Assembly (NCBI RefSeq): GCF_964204645.1
Contig: NC_134033.1
Location: 1,508,131-1,572,130, forward strand
Direction: 5' to 3'
DNA: 64,000 nt
DNA from: Tubulanus polymorphus
Lineage: Eukaryota; Animalia; Nemertea
Part shown: positions 1 through 11,900 of the stretch, one piece after another
How the letters are laid out: each line of letters starts with the position of its first letter
How positions within the stretch are numbered: position 1 is the first letter of the stretch
Notes under the pieces: generated by a model
Seen by the model: the letters and a program-made list of their open reading frames with translations, nothing else
Database searches by the model: none
What the model was told of the DNA's origin: nothing
Position numbers and translations under genes: made by a program

Positions 1-379
1 TCAGTAGGAAGTAAGTAAATACATCTCAAAATGAAATAATCGAAATCATTGAAAATCATATATTACCATTAGTAAAACGGGTTTCATTGTTGTCTCCTGT
101 TACCACGTCGACCAGTGAATATAGCCGGTCAGTTCGTCGCGATGTCGTCTTATAGAAACTGTCGCAGGCGAACACGTGTAATTTGCGTTGACGTGTAAAC
201 TGATTTGTAACACACGTCTGTGGTCGGATCTATTGTGATCGTCGCTGATTTAACTCGCATTGTTGCATCTTTTCGTATCTGAAATCGCTCGTTGTCGAGG
301 GAAATCGATTCCGAGATCGACATCTCTTCAACGTGTCAAATTTATCAGACAAATAGATATGTCATTTATTGCTGCCGAC

Positions 380-700
380 ATCAATCCCCCTACGACATCA
401 TCGAAATGTCTCTAGATCATTTGGCCCTTCTCAAAAAAGATGGCAGCCTCCAAAAATCCCCTATGACATCATCAAATTGTCTCTAGATCATTTGGCCCTT
501 CTCAAATAAAATGGCAGCCTCCAAAAATCCCCCTATGACATCATCAAATTGGCTCTAGATCATTTGGCCCTTCTCAAAAAAGATGGCAGCCTCCAAAAAT
601 CCCCCTATGACATCATCAAATTGTCTACTAGCGATTTGATATTTAGACGCTTCCTGGAAAGATGTCAGCCTCCATAAATCCTCCTATGACATCATCAAGC
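380..700. repeat. About 72-bp tandem repeat (CCCCTATGACATCATCAAA...AAGATGGCAGCC family)
   Basis: About 4 copies. Related dispersed copies at about 5005-5340 (inverted), 7370-7600 and 19320-19530. Confidence 0.9.
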
Positions 701-1447
701 ACTGATCATACCGTTTAGCATTTTGATTTATTTTTCTCCATTGCTTGTTTCTACGGACTGATCCGGTTTTTAGTTTTACCCGCTCGTTCCCGTTTTTATA
801 GAACCTGCTTTTTAGCTTTTTTTTCTCGAAATGAAAATCGTTTTCGATACAAAAAAAAAAACCGTCGACAACAATATCATTGATCGTCTTACGCTCATCG
901 CCATGACGACTATTACTGCCGATTGTAACGGAATCTACCGCGGCAGCAGTCGTCGACGGCGACGGGGATGATGACAGCATCTCCGGGCGGACGCAGTATC
1001 CGGGATGATGCTGCAGGGAACACCAGGATGAAGCGTCTTGGCTTCGTTTAGTCTCCGGATGGTCGTTAGATTAGGAATGGATTAAAGGAACGGATTATCA
1101 AATGTTAATCCGTCGGATTATCAGAATGGATTAGAATGGGGCGTCGACTCCGGTTTTAAGGAATGTTAGAATTTTCATTTTTCGCGTTTTTAACGGAATT
1201 CTAATTCGATGCACGCGATCGGTTGCGTAATAATAAGACGTCTAGAAATGCAGTCGGTCGGCCATATTGGATTGTATATATGTACGTGCGTTCTGCGCGA
1301 GTTGAATCGTTTCTGCGACTGTTCGCTTTGCACGATGGCTTATAGTACGTTCAGTCATGTGACCGGGCGTCTGCTTAATCACCTGACTATCTTCCCTAAA
1401 CCTATCACCGGTAAGATGATGATGTTATTTACGGTCTTGCGGTTTAA

Positions 1448-1722
1448 CCCTTTCAGTGCGTCTACACCGCAGTGCGGTGTATGAATCGGTGATGGATTTT
1501 GCTAGTACACCGCACTGCGGTGTATTGATGTAATTAATAATTAGTTTTTATCTCTATTGAAAGATGGCGGCACCTGTCGAACATAGTGAAATAGTAGTAA
1601 CTAACAATACACCGCATCGTGGTGTAGATGCACTATAGTGGTATTCCAGTTATTCAACACACTGGGGTGGAATTTTTCAAAATTTTCAAAATTATCTCCA
1701 GCACTATAGGGTATTGAAAGGG
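1448..1722 (-). mobile_element. piggyBac-like MITE, copy 1
   Basis: TTAA|CCCTTTCAGTGC left end, degenerate TGAAAGGG|TCAA right end. Body is the reverse complement of 5757-6022. Confidence 0.75.
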
Positions 1723-2584
1723 TCAAGCTTATTTCAGAATTAGGCTCGGCTTTTAGGGGCCAAGACTCGAGACCAGTCTGAACGGGGGCTGATCCCGGGG
1801 CGGACAAAGAAATGAATAGGGTACATTATGTGCTGAATAGAGCGAGTTGATTATCCACGCAGACTGAACAAGGGTCTGGGATATTATGAAATTTTTAAGT
1901 ACGTTTTCATGCAGAGCACTTGAGAATATAAACTAAATCTCGCGCTGCAGACGAGTGCCCCGAAAAATATCGCCGTTGTATTTTCAGAGTTACGAGAGGA
2001 GCACGAGCCGGTTGGGCTCCTGTCTCGGTTCAGCCCATAGTTCTGAATGATGCCTATCTAAAAACCTACCGCCATCTAGGTTCTATCGTCAAACTAGCAA
2101 CTGGAGACCGGTCTGAAGATTTAAAACCACCTGCAGACGACTGTTAGGATATAGTCAAAACATCGGATAAATATATTATTAGATTAACGGACGTTTTTCA
2201 GACTTTCTCTTTGTATCGATGTGGAATTCTCGAAGCCACCGTTGGATTTTTAAGTATGGACCTTTAATTTGGCCTATAACCGGTCTAATGGCTTAAAGAC
2301 CAGTCTTTTTAACCCTAGTGATTCGAGACCATTTTGTTTTAGATAGTGTTTTAGATAGGACCAGGGTAAGCTTCATGGATAGATTTTGAGTTGAGAAGTC
2401 AATAATTGTCTATAATGTGACTGTGAATATGCATCGCGCAGATGTGTTACTGAATAATATGAGTCATCCATGTAAACATCAGGTCACCTACTGTTCATAC
2501 AACTTCAATAAATGTATATATCATTTAAAATCAATTCACTGGTTATTAGATTCGACTTAAGGTAAATATAAGCGATTTTTATTT

Positions 2585-2945
2585 ACGGAACTGTGGAACT
2601 GGATGCAGAACAATATAGAACCTGATCCAAAGCTATGGAACTGGGTCTGAAACTGTAGAACTGGGTTCAGAACTGTGGATCTGGGTCCAGTAACTGTGGA
2701 ACGAGGTTCAGAACTTTGAAACTGGGTCCAGAACTGTGGAACTAGGTTCAGAACTGTGGAACTGGGTTCAGTAACTGTGGAACTAGATCCAGAACTGTAG
2801 AACTGGGTTCAGAACTGTGGATCTGGGTCCAGTAACTGTGGAACTAGATCCAGAACTGTAGAACTGGGTTCAGAACTGTGGAACTGGGTTCAGAACTGTG
2901 GATCTGGGTCCAGTAACTGTGAAACTAGTGTCTAGTCTGTGGAAC
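2585..2945. repeat. 20/21-bp minisatellite GAACTGTGGAACTGGRTCCA
   Basis: About 17 degenerate units. Same family at 8785-9125, 13200-13685, 18735-18865 (inverted), about 46575 and about 49945. Confidence 0.93.
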
Positions 2946-2994
2946 AAATCTGCAGTTATCACAAATCAATAAATGATAATGTTTATATTTGTAG

Positions 2995-5900
2995 AATGTG
3001 TGATGGGAGATGCTGCTGGCGACCGAGAGTTAACAGTAATAGACGTAGCCGACCTGCTACAGGCTCGATACGCGTTCATCTCCGGAGGTAAAGATCGCCA
3101 TGGACGCACGATTGTTACGTTCCCGGATAACCCCGGCTCGTCGGAAACCACTGACGACAAATACCGTAAATGTGTCACGTATTTGAGCGGTATTCCCACG
3201 TAAGTTCAAATCTTTCGCTTTATTCCGAAAATATTTTATTAGGCTTTATTTGAAGAATTCTACTTCATCGTGGCCCCCTAATTCATAACTAACCAACTGA
3301 GTCCGTGTTACTGGTTTCAATATGCCTCGGAGATGCAACTGTGGTTATAAAGTATCCAGCAGGTGTCGCTAGTGTGCAGTATGACATCAACTACTGCGGC
3401 AATAAAGGATTCCACTTGTTGCAAGTGAGGATCCACCAGGTGTCGCTAGTGTGCAGTAGGACATCAACTACTGCGGCAATAGAGGATTCCACTTGTTGCA
3501 AGTGAGGATCCACCAGGTGTCGCTAATGTGCAGTAGGACATCAACTACTGCGGCAAAAGGGGTTCCACAAGTGAGGATCCAGCATGCATTATTCACGCCA
3601 TCTGGTGGCGTATGCTGGCACCCATAACTGGTGTAGAAAACCACGACGATATCATGTTCCGCATTTGGTCTGAAATTGGCCACTTATTTTCACCCATCAA
3701 TTTCATGCCGAATTCCCGAAATAAAGCGTTAACGTTGTGTCGTTATCGCGCATCTGACACCGTGTGCACGGGCTCGCGCGCACAATTATATCACACGCAT
3801 GAATAGTTGCTAGGCGACCGTAAACAATGAGTCATAGGGTGGAGCTGGCGCACACAGCTGTCAGTGAACTCAATGTACTGAATGTTCATTTCAAACTGCT
3901 GAAGGCAATTCCTGGAATTCACGAATTAAGAATAACCGTTATTTCCTAGAAAAACATGATTTTTGTAACGGAACAAATCTTTTTGCTTTATTTTGTAGAA
4001 TTTACAATAGAAATTCGAGGTAATTTCTGAAAACGACGTGTTTTTGATGTCCATATCGTTCGTTGGTTCTATTTTTCGATGATTGATTGTGTAGTTTTTG
4101 ATGATCTATTCGTTTTGATGTTTTTCGATGATTTCGTCGTATTAATTTTTCGATGATTTTGTTGTTGTAATTTCCGATGATTTCGAGGTTTTCGATGATT
4201 TCGATGTTTTTGATGATTTTAACGTAATTGGATGTTTTGATTTTTCGAGGATTTTAATTTTTTGATGTATTTCGACGATTTTGATGTATTTCGATGGTTT
4301 TAATGTTTTGATTTTCGAGGATTTCAATTTTTTGATGTATTTCAATGATTTTGTTGTTTTGATTTTTCGAGGATTTCGATGATTTCACCGATTGTTGTCA
4401 GGATGATTGTATTTATCGCAATTGATTGGATTTTGAATTATTTTCTCGCTTTTTCCCTTAAACAAATGAAAATCATCAGTTTTTAACGTATCTTCTAGAC
4501 AGGTTTGGAAACAGTTTGTTTTACTCAAAAACAAATAAGTAACGAATAATTGGAATAAGGGGTTAAAATTGGTTTCCCCATCCATCGCGCCCCAGTTCAA
4601 CCCTAGACCCACATAACCCCCTGATCCGACCCTCATTCTATAGGTGATTATGCACTATAGATGATTCTAAAATCAATAGGTTATGAGGAGTCGCCATTAA
4701 GAAAATCAAAAATCAAAATGACAATTTATCTGCAGCATCTCTGCAGGTCCAGACTGAGACTCCGCCCATATTCATGTGTCAATCAAATTGAAATCTTTAT
4801 TAAGACAATATTTCTGATATATTTCTGATTTTTATTTCTGATATATTTCTGATATTTATTTCTGATATTTATTTCTGATATTTTCAGCGTTGATGAAATC
4901 GATGTTGGATTTGTGATAATAGTCGACAGGCGCCGAGACAAATGGAGCTCCGTTAAAACGATACTCTATAAAATAGCGGTAACTACTCATTCACTGTTCT
5001 CGGGGTAGATGATGTCATAGGGGGATGTATGGAGGGAGCCATCATTTGTGAGATCATTCCTATAGACAATTCGATGATGTCATTGGGGGATTCATGGAGA
5101 CATCTTTCTGAAATTTTCTATAGGCCCTGCTTCAAATCATTTGTTTATTTGATGATGTCATAGGGGGTAGTTATAATGGCAGCCATCTTTTCGAGACGTC
5201 TATTCCTGGACAATTTGAAGATGTCATAGGGGGAGTTATGGTGGCAGCCATCTTAACTGTAATGGACTATAGACAGAAATCGCTCTGTTATTTGATGATG
5301 TCATAGGGGGAGTTATGCTGGCAGCCATCTTGGACGTCGACAATATCAAATTCGCCCTACGTTTCCGTTCTGATATTACGAATTATCTAAGCAGTGGTTG
5401 CCATGGTGATTAAGTTTCAATTATTGCGAGCCACGACTTAGTAATCATTCAACCGCATCAAAATGAGGCTCTTCCCTGGGACAGACGGACTGACAGACGG
5501 ATGTTCATATCTCTGTCATAAACCCATCAATCATTAATAATACCGCCGTTACCATGGCAACTCGACAGGGTTATTAATTTTTCAGCGATGTCGGTTTTCA
5601 TCTCGGTAAAATATGATTTACCGAAAACCGAAAATAATGATTTAGCAGTAATAGAATCGAGGGCGGCCAACCTGGCAATCAGGGGAAACTTAGCGAAATT
5701 TGGTTAAGATTTCTAGATCGCGCGTGAAATTAAACAGTTTCTGTCTATTGTCTTAACCCTTTCAGTGCTGACTAGTTAATACTTTATAGTGCTGGAGATA
5801 ATTTGAAAATTTTGAGAAATCTAGTGTGTTGAATAACGGGAATACCACTATAGTGTGTCTACACCGCGGCGCGGTGTATCGTTAGTTACCAGTATTTCAC

Positions 5901-8900
5901 TATGTTTGGCAGGTGCTGCCATCTTTCAATAGAGATAAAAACTAATTACTAATTCCGTCAATACACCGCAGTGCGGTGTACTAGCAAAATCTATCAATGA
6001 TTCATACACCGCACTGAAAGGGTTAAGTATTTGAATGTGTTAATTGATTGGATTCTTTAAAGATTGAGACAGGGAAAATAACACGTTCGTATCAGGGAAT
6101 AGTCAGGGTGAAAGCAAGTCAAATTAAGGTGGCTCACCCCGAATTCGCCACCGACACACGAGATCACCCTATGACATCATCAGTACCGGTATTCGCTATC
6201 GTTTAAAAAAAGATTCTAATAATTCTGTTCTTTATTTTTTTTTTTCAGGGATTTTTCCCGGCTGATTTACACATGGTTTTCATACTGCGGCCGAAAGGTT
6301 TTTTCCAACGAGCAATTTCCGACATGGGTTACAAAATGGTGAAAGATGAATATAAATTCCAGGTCAGTTGACGAAATACTTTTGATATTTCTTACTCCTA
6401 TTCATCCTGCTAAACGACCGATCCCAGGCTCCGACTGCGGCGGAATTTATCGGCCCCACCAAGATGAAACGGGATCTCTGTCACTCCTCGATACCTTGAA
6501 TGCAAAATGCTTTTAAAAATGCTTGAAAATCCTTTAATTTGAGTAGAATGTTAAAACTGCTTTAAACCTCCATCAATTTTGAGAAATAGACGATTAGAAA
6601 TGTGTTGTACAGTTACCTACTCCTGAATAGGTACAGTCGAGCCCTGGGCTCGGTTTCATAGATGTGGAAGAAAGATTTTACCTGGGAACTATTTTGAAAT
6701 TTGTCAGTTATAACCATAGTTTCTGATTGTTGCTACGGCGGTTGTCACCCAGATTGATGATTTACCCCTAGGGATAACTTTGATACTCAGTCTATGAAAC
6801 CGGGCCCAGATTGATGATTTACCCCTAGGGATAACTTTGATACTCAGTCTATGAAACCGGGCCCTGGATTTTTTTTAACCCAATCAAGAAGTTACCGAAT
6901 TTAAAAGCTAAGTTTAGGTAACTAGGGACCCTGTGCCGAGTCTACTGTATATGAGGCCATCCCAAATTAATTGTCTGTTTGCCGTAACGCGGACTCAAAT
7001 TTTCGGGATGAGTCCGTGGGTAGAAATGTTTTTTTGCAAGATTTTAGGGCAAAAAACAAATTCATCACCTTTTTTATATGGAAATAATATCATCGAGAAA
7101 AATTCATTTCGATGAATCCCCAAAAAAAATTTTCACTCGGTACGTTTGAAGTCGGGTCGGTCGGGTTACGGCAAACAGACCATCATTTTGGGATTAATTA
7201 ATGAATTAATTTACTAATTAATTTATTTTCTGATCTCGTAGGTCGTGATGTGTAATAACGCGGAGGAGCTACACGAGTATATCGACGTGTGCGAACTGAC
7301 AGACGACTTCGGAGGATCAATTCACTACAACCACGAACAATGGGTTCAACACAGAGCTGTACGTTCTTTCACCCTATGACGTCATCCATAGAATTCATCT
7401 ATAGATCCTAGTAGTAGTAAACATGGCTGCCTTCGTAAATCCCCCTATAACATCATCAAATTACTGACTTAGGAAATGATTAGCAGTTGAGATAAACCCC
7501 CTATGATATCATCAAATTCGTAAAGACAACTAACATGAATCCACCTATGACATCATCAAACTGTAATAATGTCTCTTGGATGGATTTTATAATTGGTTGA
7601 TGTCAAAGGAGGCGTTTGCAAAGGTTGCCATCTCATTTGACGTTAATTAATTTTTTTTTCTAAATTTTCAGGCGATCGAAAAGTTTTCGTCGAACATGAA
7701 CGACATTTGTAAAACAATGCAGGAATTCATAACTCAACTGCAGGAGACGGAGATGCCGAACGATACTCCCGGAACGCAGGAGCTGATCAGAGATCACAAC
7801 GCTCAGCGTAAAGAGGTTCAGGAGGACTTACAGAGCGCCGTCGATCACGGGGAGTCGTTATTGAACTGTATTCGTAGTCTCGACGACTGGGCAGACGCTG
7901 CAACAGTGACAGACGCATCGGCAGCAGCAGCAGCAGCTGAGGCGTCGCGGTCAAATAATCTAGTTCATATTATAGCTGTAGAAAGGTTAATAATTCTCTC
8001 TACTCTCTCTATCTTACTCTCTTTGTCTCCCCACTCTCTCTCCTCTCCTCCCTCTCTCCTCCCCCTCTTTCCTCTCTCCTCACTCTCTCCGCTCTCTCCT
8101 CTCACTCTTCCCTCCTCTCACTCTCCCCTCCTCTCAGCCTTCCTTCTCTCAGGGTGGCGCCACTGACCTGGAAAACCTGGAAAACTCAGGGAATCAGAAA
8201 CTCTGGGAATCAAAAAAAAAGCTTAAAAATTCTGGAAAACTCGACAATTTGACAAATTTTACCAAAAACCTGGAAAACTCAAGGAATTCAGACCATTTTA
8301 TTGACCGTGTGTTTCTTTATCAATACGTGATTCAATGAAAAATGATTGAATTGTAAACATCTAAATTTCTCTGATTCACTCTCAGAGGGGATTTGTAGAT
8401 GGCAGATTTGTGGTGGCTGCCCTGTTCTTTCTCTTTTCTCCCGCTCAGCGTAGAACCACCATATAGAAAAAAATGTTGATAAAATATATTGAATGTCTTT
8501 AGTGGGTTCAGGCAGCATAGATTTTATATTTTTAGGTTATTGGAACAGTTGACCGAAACCATGGACAACTTTGACGATTTTTGGAGTAAACACGAAAAGA
8601 AGCTCGGACAATGTTTACAACTGAGGAAATTTGAGGAAGATTTTAGACAGGTATGAAAAATAGAAATACATTGAGTGAGGGGCTACAGTTGCTGAAAAGT
8701 TGATAAAAGTTTATCTGCGGATGGTCGACATAGTGACAATTTAAAGTTCATATAGTTCATCGATAGATTCAAACATCAACAATAACCGTGGAATTATAGG
8801 TCCAGAACTGTGTCACTGGTTCCAGCAACTGTGGACTGGATCCAGTAACTGTGGAACTGAATCCAGTAACTGTGGAACTTGGTCCAGTAACTGTGGAACT

Positions 8901-11900
8901 GAATCCAGCAACTGTGGAACTGGATCCATGAGCTGTGTAACTGGATCCAGAACTGTGGAACTGGATCCAGAACTGTGGAACTGGATCCAGCAACTGTGGA
9001 ACTGGATCCAGAACTATAGAACTGGTTCCAGCAACTGTGGAACTGGATCCAGCAACTGTGGAACTGGATCCAGCAACTGTGGAACTGGATCCAGTTACTG
9101 TGGAACTGCATTCAGTTACTGAAACTGGACTGCAGTTGGTGAAAAGTTGGTAAGAGTCATCAGTGGATAATCAGAAGTGACAAGCAAAAGTTCATTGTTG
9201 ATATCGTTTTTATCCGATGGTTATCTTTAACCAACTTTCCAGCAACTGCAGCCCCTGATCTTTGATTTGAAATTTTACTTTTATCCGAACTGTTTAAAAT
9301 GTGCCCGATTTCGTCGTCCGTAGATTCAATACATGATGGATAAATATCTGGATGAGTTGGAGCACATGACCGAGGCGGGAGAGACGCTCCAACGCGTCGA
9401 GACGTTGCTCCAACGAGTCGAACAGATCCGCGACGAGACGACCGAAGCGATCGAGAAAGCGGATGAACTGATCGAAAATGGAGAGAAGTTCATCGGAGAG
9501 GATTACTACGCCGTCGACTGCATCCGACCGAAGTGTATGGAACTGAAACGAATGCGAGATCAGCGTCGAGAATTACTCGACGGCAGACGTAAAACTCTCG
9601 AGACGAGTTACGAGTTACAAACTCGTATCGATAAAGTAAGTAAAAACTCAATCTCCAGTGCATAGTCATGGCTTAGACTTAAAACCAGTCTAAGACTTAC
9701 TTAGTTCTTTAGCCAATCTAACAACTTAAGACCAGTCTATGCTCATTTTAGTTCTTTAGCCAATCTAACAACTTAAGACCAGTCTAAGCTCATTTTGGTT
9801 CTATAACCAATCTAACAACTTAAGACCAGTCTATGCTCATTTTAGTTCTATAGCCAATCTAACAACTTAAGACCAGTCTATGCTCATTTTAGTTCTTTAG
9901 CCAATCTAACAACTTAAGACCAGTCTAAGCTCATTTTGGTTCTATAACCAATCTAACAACTTAAGACCAGTCTATGCTCATTTTAGTTCTTTAGCCAATC
10001 TAACAACTTAAGACCAGTCTAAGCTCATTTTGGTTCTATAGCTAATCTAACAACTTAAGACCAGTCTAAACTCTTTTGGTTCTATAACCAATCTAACAAC
10101 TTAAGACCAGTCTAAGCTCATTTTAGTTCTATAACCGATCTAACAACTTGAGACCAGTCTAAGCTCATTTTAGTTCTATAGCCAATCTAACAACTTAAGA
10201 CCAGTCTAAGCTCATCTTAGTTCTATAACCAATCTAATAACTTAAGACCAGTCTAAACTCATTTTAGTTCTATAAACAATCTAACAACTTAAGACCAGTC
10301 TAAGCTCATTTAAGTTCTATAACCAATCTAACAACTTAAGATTTAGGACCACATTTGGACTTAAGTCACCACCGTGCAACTAGCCCCTGTAAGCTCCATT
10401 CAGGGGCCGGTTTCACGATCGAGGCTTATATTCTAGGTCAACTCAAAGCGATGTCTGAGTTTGATAGTAGACTGTAAAGTCCAATAGCTGAAAATCCAGG
10501 TCGGCCATTCACCAGAATTTCCTTTTCTTTAAGAATGTCTGGAGAATATCCGGGAAAGTATTTTGAGATTGCTAGATCGCGCGTAAAATTAAACAGTTTG
10601 CGTCTATTTCTTATGTATTTGTGATTAATTGATCAGATTCTTAGCAGATCAAGTCAGAGAAAACAACGTGTATATCAGGGAATAGTCTGGGGAAAAGCGA
10701 GTCAAATGAAATCGGCCACCTTGAAGAGGTTTTAGAGTTCATTTCGATTTTATTTTTGCAGGCTAGTCAATGGTGCACGCATGGAGTTGATCTCCTGGCA
10801 ACGCAACAGATCGAAAACATCCAGACAGAAGACGGCGCTAAAGCGGCGATTGCGGATATCGAAACGTTTCTCGTGACGGTTAAAGATTTGAAATTGAACA
10901 ATCCGAAAGAATTTCGCAATCAATTCGAGCACATCCTTACTTCTGATACGCGGGTAAGTTTAATACGGAACCAATATTATTGATTCTGTAGGTTCATCAC
11001 TGGTTTAATCTTTTGTACAGAAAACGTGTTGTAGCTGCTATGCAGCTATATTGAATATCTTGTTTATTTTCAAACAGAAAACCCGTTATTGCTGCTTTTG
11101 AATAACTTGTTTATTTTTTAAAGGAACTTCATAATCTTTTCGTTCTCTTATAGTCCATGATCAACTGATTTAGAAATTAACAGAAAACCTGCAATGGCTG
11201 CTTTGCAGCTATATTGAATATCTTTCGAACAGAAAACCTGTTATTGCTGCTTTTGAATAACTTGTTTATTATTGAAAGGAACTTCATAATCTTTTCGTTC
11301 TCTTAAAGTCGATGATTCAACTGATTTTGATTTCATGATTTCAAACGAACAGAAAACCTGCAATGGCTGCTTTGCAGCTATATTGAATGTTTCATTATTT
11401 TCTGTTCTCCCACAGTCGACGGTTCAACAGGTTTTAAAACGAATCGACGACGTTCGAAACATGTGCGAGAAACGTCGCGACAGTTTGCGCCGCGTGGCGG
11501 ATAAACCACCGCGCCCTGTTCAGGCCGTCATACCGAAACCGTCGTCGGTGGCGACGCCGTCACCGCGTAAACACAAAACCACACCGACAAAATCGCCATC
11601 CGATCTCGATTTGAGGAGGCGTAAACATCTGTCGGATTCGAATAAGAAATCTCGAAGTCTCGATCATCGTAAGGTAAGAAAATTTCGACTCGAATAAGCT
11701 TACCCTGGTTATAATGGGGACTCTACATTCGACTGTGGCAATCGAGGATTCCACTTGTGGCAATCGAGGATCCTCCAGGTGTCGCTAGTGTGTATTCAGA
11801 CAACAAATTCTCAGATTCAAATTAAAATCTTTCCCTTATTTCTCAAATTCTGTGAATGATGATCAGTAAAATTTACCCTATATACGAACCTAAAGATCAT

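Noticed and set aside
8769-9122. WIQFHS and GSSNCGT repeat ORFs (similarly 14685-15002 and 17287-17527)
   Set aside because: Intronic minisatellites of families dispersed across the window.
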